In this document: piece after piece, positions 58,617-64,000 of the stretch
Layout: each line of letters starts with the position of its first letter
Numbering within the stretch: the first letter of the stretch is position 1
Assembly (NCBI GenBank): GCA_002430735.1
Contig: DJCV01000008.1
Span: 3,111 to 67,110 of the forward strand
DNA: 64,000 bases
Direction of reading: 5' to 3'
DNA from: Candidatus Woesebacteria bacterium UBA5941
Lineage (GTDB): Bacteria; Patescibacteriota; Microgenomatia; UBA8517
Notes under the pieces: generated by a model
What the model was told of the DNA's origin: nothing
Seen by the model: the letters and a program-made list of their open reading frames with translations, nothing else
Databases searched by the model: none
Translations under genes and position numbers: made by a program

Positions 58617-59327
58617 ATGAAAGGAGTTGTACTCGCAGGTGGTAAGGGCTCACGGCTATACCCACTTACATACGCAACGAATAAACACTTACTTCCCGTG
58701 TTTAATCAACCAATGGTGTTTTACCCCATACAAACCCTTGTGAAGGCCGGCATTACTGAGATACTTGTTGTAACAGGCGGACCTCACGCTGGACACTTTA
58801 TACGAGTTCTAAAGAATGGAAAGGAACTCGGCGTTAGTCACTTAGAATATGCATATCAAGAAGGTGAGGGTGGTATATCAGAAGCGCTAAAACTCGCTGA
58901 GGATTTTGCAGACAATGATAGTATTTGTGTGATATTGGGAGATAATTGCACTGATGCAGAAATTAAAACAAATGTCAGTGCTTTTAAAGATGGTGCACTC
59001 ATTTTCCTAAAGGAAGTGCCAGACCCAGAACGATTTGGTGTACCAACATTAGGAAAATCTGGGGAAGTAATGGAAATTCAAGAGAAGCCAAAAAAACCGG
59101 CATCACCGTACGCAGTCACTGGTCTTTATATCTATGACAACACGGTGTTTGATAAAATAAACCAAATAAAGCCTTCACAAAGGGGAGAGCTTGAAATCAC
59201 CGATGTAAATAATTTGTACATCAAGGAAAAGCGGATGAAATCAACAATACTAGATGGCTATTGGCGTGACGCAGGAACTTTTAAGACACTGTTTGAAGCA
59301 AATAATTATTGGGCACACAAACAGTAA
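58617..59327 (+). CDS. sugar-1-phosphate nucleotidyltransferase (RmlA/short-form G1P thymidylyltransferase-like)
   Basis: MKGVVLAGGKGSRLYPLT...KHLLPV...GDN matches the G-x-G-x-R-L nucleotidyltransferase signature. 236 aa. Confidence 0.8.
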   Translation: MKGVVLAGGKGSRLYPLTYATNKHLLPVFNQPMVFYPIQTLVKAGITEILVVTGGPHAGHFIRVLKNGKELGVSHLEYAYQEGEGGISEALKLAEDFADNDSICVILGDNCTDAEIKTNVSAFKDGALIFLKEVPDPERFGVPTLGKSGEVMEIQEKPKKPASPYAVTGLYIYDNTVFDKINQIKPSQRGELEITDVNNLYIKEKRMKSTILDGYWRDAGTFKTLFEANNYWAHKQ

Positions 59328-59457
59328 CGAAAATAAACATGATCACACAGAATAATCACTTAAAAAGCAATAATACGGGTAAAACGATACATGATTCGTT
59401 TGATGAAACAAGCAATAAAAAACCTATTGTTGACAGAACCCTTTATAATCAATCTCT

Positions 59458-60582
59458 ATGAAACTTGAAATAATTAGCGCAGCAATCTTAATGTTTAGCG
59501 GATTTTTCAATACCGTAACAAGTACTCTGCAGGATTCAGAATATGTACCTGTTGAAGAAGTGTCATATGTAACAGACGAAAATGGAAACCAAGTTGCGAT
59601 AGAAACAAGTCGTTATGACTGGCGACGAAGGCGAAGAGCAACACCGCAACCGAGCGCGACTGCTACTGCAACAGCCCGCCCTACGATAATGGCTACTGCT
59701 ACACCAACTCCAATAAAGACAACACCATCCCCTGTTGCACTTCCTTCTACGCAGGGAAGGCTCAAGTGGGGTGCTGCTTTCCCTGAATGGCAGCCAGAAG
59801 CTGTCGGTGCTTTTGAAAGCATGATCGGTAAACCAATTGATTACTATGCAACATTCGTTCATTGGGGAAATGAGAAAGATTTCCCGATGCTGTACTCTGG
59901 CGTTGTCCGGGATGCAGGAAAAACAATGGTTATCTTCTGGGAAGCAAAAGACTACAATGTCCCTTCTGTAAATCAGACTCAATATAATTTCGATGCAGTT
60001 CTAAGTGGAAAGTGGGATAGCTACTTTACACAATTTGCGAAAGACGCACGGACATATGGTGGTCCAGTCATTTTAATTCCATATAGCGAATCTAACGACA
60101 ATTCTGGTCCGTGGGGCGGACAAGTAAACGGGAACACTGTGGAAAAGTTTAAACTAGCTTATCAATATATTACGAAATTCTTTAATGATGCTCCGAATGT
60201 TAAGTTTGGATGGGCAATGAATAACGTCTCTTCCCCACAGACTGATGATAACAAGATCGAAAGATATTACCCTGGAGATGAATATGTTGATATTGTCGGA
60301 GTTGATGGATTTAATTTCGGTACTCCATGGCAAACATGGGATCAGGTATTTGGATCAGTATTAACAATGTTATCCCAATACAACAAGCCAATACTTATTG
60401 CTTCAACAGCATCTAAAGAAGGTCCAGAAAAGCCACAATGGATCATTGACGGGTTTGGCACGCAGATTAAAAAATACCCACTTGTCATCGGATGGGTCTG
60501 GTTCAATGAACGAAAGGAACGAGATTGGAGAGTTAATTCCGATGCCGCAACACTCGAAGCATTCAAGAAAGTACTTCCATAA
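59458..60582 (+). CDS. secreted clan GH-A glycoside hydrolase, GH26-like (beta-mannanase / beta-glucanase)
   Basis: N-terminal signal, then a Thr/Ala/Pro linker. IPYSESNDNSGPWGG corresponds to the GH26 acid/base block (HEMNGNWYSWG). A candidate nucleophile is in ASTASKEG. Confidence 0.45.
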   Translation: MKLEIISAAILMFSGFFNTVTSTLQDSEYVPVEEVSYVTDENGNQVAIETSRYDWRRRRRATPQPSATATATARPTIMATATPTPIKTTPSPVALPSTQGRLKWGAAFPEWQPEAVGAFESMIGKPIDYYATFVHWGNEKDFPMLYSGVVRDAGKTMVIFWEAKDYNVPSVNQTQYNFDAVLSGKWDSYFTQFAKDARTYGGPVILIPYSESNDNSGPWGGQVNGNTVEKFKLAYQYITKFFNDAPNVKFGWAMNNVSSPQTDDNKIERYYPGDEYVDIVGVDGFNFGTPWQTWDQVFGSVLTMLSQYNKPILIASTASKEGPEKPQWIIDGFGTQIKKYPLVIGWVWFNERKERDWRVNSDAATLEAFKKVLP

Positions 60583-60585
60583 GGT

Positions 60586-60615
60586 ATAAAAAACCTGAGG
60601 AGATGTCTCCCCAGG
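60586..60615. terminator. bidirectional intrinsic terminator between convergent genes
   Basis: The hairpin CCTGAGGA-GATGTC-TCCCCAGG at 60594-60615 has 7 of 8 bp paired. It is flanked by A7 at 60587-60593, which is the U-tract for the minus strand, and by TTAATT downstream on the plus strand. Confidence 0.5.
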
Positions 60616-60648
60616 TTAATTCAACAAATCACAGTCTTCTGAATCGCA

Positions 60649-61191
60649 TTAGCCTACCTGTTTTGTAGGCTCCAATTCTTCAACACGAGGTGCTACAATC
60701 CTCATCCCTACATATTGAGCGCCGGTAGGAACTGCTAGAACAAGCACCAGTGTCAGCAGATTTAAAACATTATGGCGATCAGTCATTACGAAGCATTGGA
60801 ACAATCCAGCCGTAATCACCGTTAGCGCTACTGCCACTCCTAATTCCCATCGGCTCACAGGCATACAGATATGGTCGCTTGGTTTTGTGCCGTGCAGTGA
60901 GAGGTCATACAATACGACTAGTAACCAGCTTACAGCTACCCCCAATACGCAGATGAAAATGGCGGACACAAAGTCAGCTTTACTTACAGATAAAAGTGCC
61001 ATCAGACTCCAAAGCAGCTGGCTCGGCAACATTACGAGAAAAACGCGAGCTGTGAGATTGCGCAGATTATGACCTTGCATACCGACTAGTTCTTTCCACG
61101 CGGATGGCCGTAAGCCAAGCAGGTAAAACACAGTGACCGGAAATGCCCAAAAGATAATATATAGAACACCTAAACGACGTACAGGATTCAT
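60649..61191 (-). CDS. hypothetical membrane protein (180 aa, 4 transmembrane helices)
   Basis: A GAGGA Shine-Dalgarno sits 4 nt upstream of the ATG. Hydrophobicity pattern only. Confidence 0.45.
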   Translation of the reverse strand: MNPVRRLGVLYIIFWAFPVTVFYLLGLRPSAWKELVGMQGHNLRNLTARVFLVMLPSQLLWSLMALLSVSKADFVSAIFICVLGVAVSWLLVVLYDLSLHGTKPSDHICMPVSRWELGVAVALTVITAGLFQCFVMTDRHNVLNLLTLVLVLAVPTGAQYVGMRIVAPRVEELEPTKQVG

Positions 61192-61266
61192 TTCATCCTC
61201 ACTTTGAAATTGAGAAAGGCTAAACGATAGAGAAGTTTATCACGAAGAATCGGCGCAATCCAATGC

Positions 61267-63900
61267 TTAGTTCATTAACGGAAGCACTTCACGAACAGGC
61301 TTAACTGTTATGTTTTGAGCGTCTAAGTAATTAACAATTTCAGTTAACATTGCAGGAGTAGTTGAATACTGAGAACCTGACCCATCAATTGGGTGGAAGA
61401 TCAAGATTAACCATGTCTTCCCTGCTTTTGCTGTGTCAATCCATTGTTTAACGGTTTCAATTGAGGTGTTTACTTCAAGAGATTGTCCTTTGAGAGCATA
61501 CTTATCGCTAGACTTCAACGCGTAACCTGGCACAACGCTTCGAGCAGAAGTCATTCCAGCAGCTTGCATCATATTTTGAATAGTTGCATTGTAGTTACCG
61601 TATGGATACGCAAAGCTTGTAACTGAAGAAATACCCATGCCAAGGATTTCTGAGATTGATCCATTAATTTCAAATTGAGCATCTGCTTCAGAAATAGATG
61701 TTAATGAGGCGTGTGTGCGTGAGTGAGCCCCGATTTCATGCCCTGCATTTTGCATTTCAATAAGTTGTGCTGGGGTGACATAATCAGCGACTTCGTTTAA
61801 TCGAACATTATCAACGGAGAGTTCTCCGTTTGATGCAATCAAATGGAACATTGTCAGTGATTTTACGTTTTGTGGTGTAGCAAAAGTAACTTCGGCAGTA
61901 TTCCAATTACCATTTGTCTGACCAAATGTAGCTAGATCTGCATACTGAATAGAATCATCTGCCATAGTGTATCTGACTGTAAGCTTGCTTTCTGTGTTTG
62001 AATTGTAAGCATCACGGTATATATACGTGGTGCCAGATTCAACAGTGACATCATCAAAGTACCACTTCGCATCCCCGTCAGAATATCCAGCTAAGGCAAC
62101 TTTTACTGCATTCGGTCCATCAACTCCGACTGCTGGGTAAGTAAAGCTCGCACTGTTAGTACCCCAATTTCCTCGATTCCAGTTGTTAGGATTTCCATTT
62201 CCAGCATCGGATTCAAGAGAATTATTAGGAATTAGGTTTGGAGTTGAATTGTTTAAAGTGAACTGACTGACTGCATAAAAAGTACCTTTCATCCCTTTGC
62301 TGTTTAAGATTGGCATTGCATTGGTGTAGTGAGAAATAACACCATCGTCAAACGTTAGCGATACAATTCCTTCAGAGAATCGATCAGATTCAACAGTTTC
62401 AGTTGAAGTAACTGAATACTTATCAACAGTGAGTTCCCCTGTCCCTTGTAATAAATGGAAGATCGTCATTGAAACTGCGTTTACAGGTGTTGCAAAGCTT
62501 TGAGAGAAGGTTGCCCAATTTCCGTTAGATGATGGAACAACTCCAAGTGCTGAATATTGTACGGAATTATCTGCAAGAGTGTATTGTGCAACAACGTAGC
62601 TTGTTGTGTTTGATTTATATGAATCAGAGAAAACATAATTATCTGAGTTAGCAACAACTGCAACATTTTCAAATACCCACTTAGCATCTCCGTCTGTATA
62701 ATTTGTAACTTCAATCTTTGCTGCCTTTACTCCATCAATACCGCTTACTGGGTATGTAAAAGTGGCAGTATTCGTACCCCATGAGCTACTGGTCCAATTT
62801 GCAGGATTATTTCCACTACCTGCAATTTCAAATGATGGGTTCAAAACAATGTTTTGTGCTCCAGGGACTGGAGTAGGTGTAACTGTAGGCGTTGGTGTGC
62901 TTGTTGGTACAAGAGTTGGTGTTGGGGTAACAGTAGGCGTGCTTGTTGGCGTCACTGTTGGAGTAGCGGTAGGTGTTGGTGTAGCAGTAGGCGTGTTTGT
63001 TGGTGTTGCTGTAGGAGTCACAGTCGGTGTTGGTGTCGGGGTTGAATTTGAAACAGTGACAGAAACTGTTGAACTTGTTTTTGTGTTTCCAGCTGCGTCT
63101 CGAGCAATTGCAATAAGAGTATGAGAGGTATTACTTAAGGCAGTTGTATCGACATAAAAATCAAATGGTGCAGAAGTCATCTCTGATCCATAATTCACGC
63201 CATCGAGTTTGAGTTGAACACCTGTGACAGCTACATTATCGCTTGCAGATACCTTAACTTGCATGGTGCCGGATACTGTTGCGTTATTCGCAGGAGCAGT
63301 GATTGAAACAGTCGGACTAACGGTGTCTTTTACAGAAAGTGTATATAAATCAGTATTCAAATACCCTACTTTGTTTAATAAATGCAGTACGCTGACTTTC
63401 ACTGCATTTGCTGGAACAGTGAATGTAACTGTCTTTTTCTTCCAACTGTTTGACGCTGCAACCTTTCCAAGTGAGGCATAAAGAAAAGTTCCATCTGCCA
63501 TTGTATATTCAGCCTCAAGAGCTGTTTGTACATTTGATTGATAATAATCGCTAAATGTATATTCCTGCCCAGGAGTTACCAGTACGGGATCAAACTGCCA
63601 TGTCGCATTACCGTTTGTACGCTGGGTCATTTGCAATCTGAGCCCGTTTTCTCCATCATAACCGGCTGCAGGATATGTGGCGGTTGTTGTGTTTTTTCCA
63701 AAAATAGCAGTTTCCCACTGTGATGGGATAGATGGATTGCTTGATGCAACTTCTACTGATGGATTTGCGATAGTTGTTGTTGGTGCTGGCGTTGCAGTCA
63801 CTTCGGTTTGAACTGAAAGCACTTCAGGAGCTGGAACGAGTGCTGCTTGTACGTGCGTGTAAAGCACAATAATTCCAATCATAAAAACAAAGACCGCCAT
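61267..63900 (-). CDS. large secreted multi-domain polysaccharide deacetylase (CE4/NodB) with three CBM-like beta-sandwich repeats, an Ig-like domain and a Thr/Pro linker
   Basis: The CE4 motifs are TFDDG, HSRTH, FAYPYG and LILIFHPID. Three repeats of about 150 aa share the pattern G.N...W.....YS......Y.....Y..AD.....A. The linker is TPTPTPTVTPTATPT.... There is an N-terminal signal peptide. Confidence 0.75.
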   Translation of the reverse strand: MAVFVFMIGIIVLYTHVQAALVPAPEVLSVQTEVTATPAPTTTIANPSVEVASSNPSIPSQWETAIFGKNTTTATYPAAGYDGENGLRLQMTQRTNGNATWQFDPVLVTPGQEYTFSDYYQSNVQTALEAEYTMADGTFLYASLGKVAASNSWKKKTVTFTVPANAVKVSVLHLLNKVGYLNTDLYTLSVKDTVSPTVSITAPANNATVSGTMQVKVSASDNVAVTGVQLKLDGVNYGSEMTSAPFDFYVDTTALSNTSHTLIAIARDAAGNTKTSSTVSVTVSNSTPTPTPTVTPTATPTNTPTATPTPTATPTVTPTSTPTVTPTPTLVPTSTPTPTVTPTPVPGAQNIVLNPSFEIAGSGNNPANWTSSSWGTNTATFTYPVSGIDGVKAAKIEVTNYTDGDAKWVFENVAVVANSDNYVFSDSYKSNTTSYVVAQYTLADNSVQYSALGVVPSSNGNWATFSQSFATPVNAVSMTIFHLLQGTGELTVDKYSVTSTETVESDRFSEGIVSLTFDDGVISHYTNAMPILNSKGMKGTFYAVSQFTLNNSTPNLIPNNSLESDAGNGNPNNWNRGNWGTNSASFTYPAVGVDGPNAVKVALAGYSDGDAKWYFDDVTVESGTTYIYRDAYNSNTESKLTVRYTMADDSIQYADLATFGQTNGNWNTAEVTFATPQNVKSLTMFHLIASNGELSVDNVRLNEVADYVTPAQLIEMQNAGHEIGAHSRTHASLTSISEADAQFEINGSISEILGMGISSVTSFAYPYGNYNATIQNMMQAAGMTSARSVVPGYALKSSDKYALKGQSLEVNTSIETVKQWIDTAKAGKTWLILIFHPIDGSGSQYSTTPAMLTEIVNYLDAQNITVKPVREVLPLMN
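62860..63050 (-). repeat. imperfect in-frame tandem DNA repeat encoding the (Thr-Pro-Thr/Val)n linker of the CE4 protein
   Basis: The repeat is visible as GTTGGTGT / GTAGGCGT reiterations on the plus strand. Translated antisense, it gives a GVGVTVGV run. Confidence 0.6.
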
Positions 63901-64000
63901 AAGGGTTTGTGAAAAATGTCTGCTTGAATAATTAATTATATTTTTAATTTAATTTTTCATGTTTTATGATTTTGGTTCATTTTTACATTCAACATCCCGT

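Noticed and set aside
59430-59449. TTGACA (59430-59435) and TATAAT (59444-59449) consensus hexamers upstream of the GH26-like gene
   Set aside because: The spacer is only 8 bp, which is incompatible with a sigma-70 -35/-10 pair. Only the -10 is retained, as a possible near-leaderless promoter.
62860-63050. Tandem DNA repeats, a possible CRISPR or VNTR
   Set aside because: The repeats are in-frame and encode a Thr/Pro linker within the CE4 gene. There are no spacer/repeat periodicity and no cas genes.
62762-63124. 120 aa plus-strand ORF rich in Gly-Val repeats, together with the many other short antisense ORFs in the track (for example 219-476, 2538-2819, 14070-14504, 18766-19233, 23600-23875)
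   Set aside because: All lie wholly inside long, motif-supported genes on the opposite strand. The GV run is simply the antisense reading of the Thr/Pro linker repeat.

Overview
This 64 kb window is almost entirely a cell-envelope glycan assembly mega-locus. About 50 of 56 genes lie on the minus strand, packed tightly and often joined by ATGA start/stop overlaps.

Gene content I can support from the translated ORFs:
- 13 GT2 glycosyltransferases, including five DPM1/Alg5/GtrB/ArnC-like polyprenol-phosphate sugar synthases and one processive synthase with a QxxRW motif.
- 4 GT4 glycosyltransferases.
- 9 ArnT/PMT-like GT-C membrane glycosyltransferases with an N-terminal D-E loop motif.
- 2 paralogous large polytopic membrane proteins, tentatively PTPS-related.
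- 3 smaller GT-C/Wzy-like polytopic proteins and 3 further large membrane proteins of unknown family.
- 3 Wzx-like (MOP) flippases.
- Sugar-nucleotide enzymes: a CDP-paratose-2-epimerase-like epimerase, two sugar-1-phosphate nucleotidyltransferases and a classical SDR.
- A radical SAM enzyme, a DHH/DHHA1 (NrnA-like) phosphoesterase and TrmD.

At the right-hand end there is a putative exopolysaccharide module (processive GT2 synthase, HlyD-like adaptor, GH81 endo-beta-1,3-glucanase, large membrane protein). Beside it are secreted glycan-active enzymes: a GH26-like hydrolase, and a large multi-domain CE4 deacetylase with three CBM-like repeats and a Thr/Pro linker.

I found no rRNA, tRNA, CRISPR array or mobile element. 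There is one unusually long non-coding island of about 375 nt (48724-49097) that ends in a perfect intrinsic terminator; it is a candidate small RNA.

GC is roughly 40-43 percent, stop codons are standard, and Shine-Dalgarno use is moderate. The overall style looks like a small-genome bacterium, possibly from the Candidate Phyla Radiation or Chloroflexi. That assignment is inference only.

I treat the most notable candidates for undescribed biology as three things. First, the GT-C paralog array with its paired polyprenol-phosphate donor synthases. Second, the radical SAM enzyme embedded in that array. Third, the synthase plus GH81 module, which predicts a beta-1,3-glucan-type polymer.
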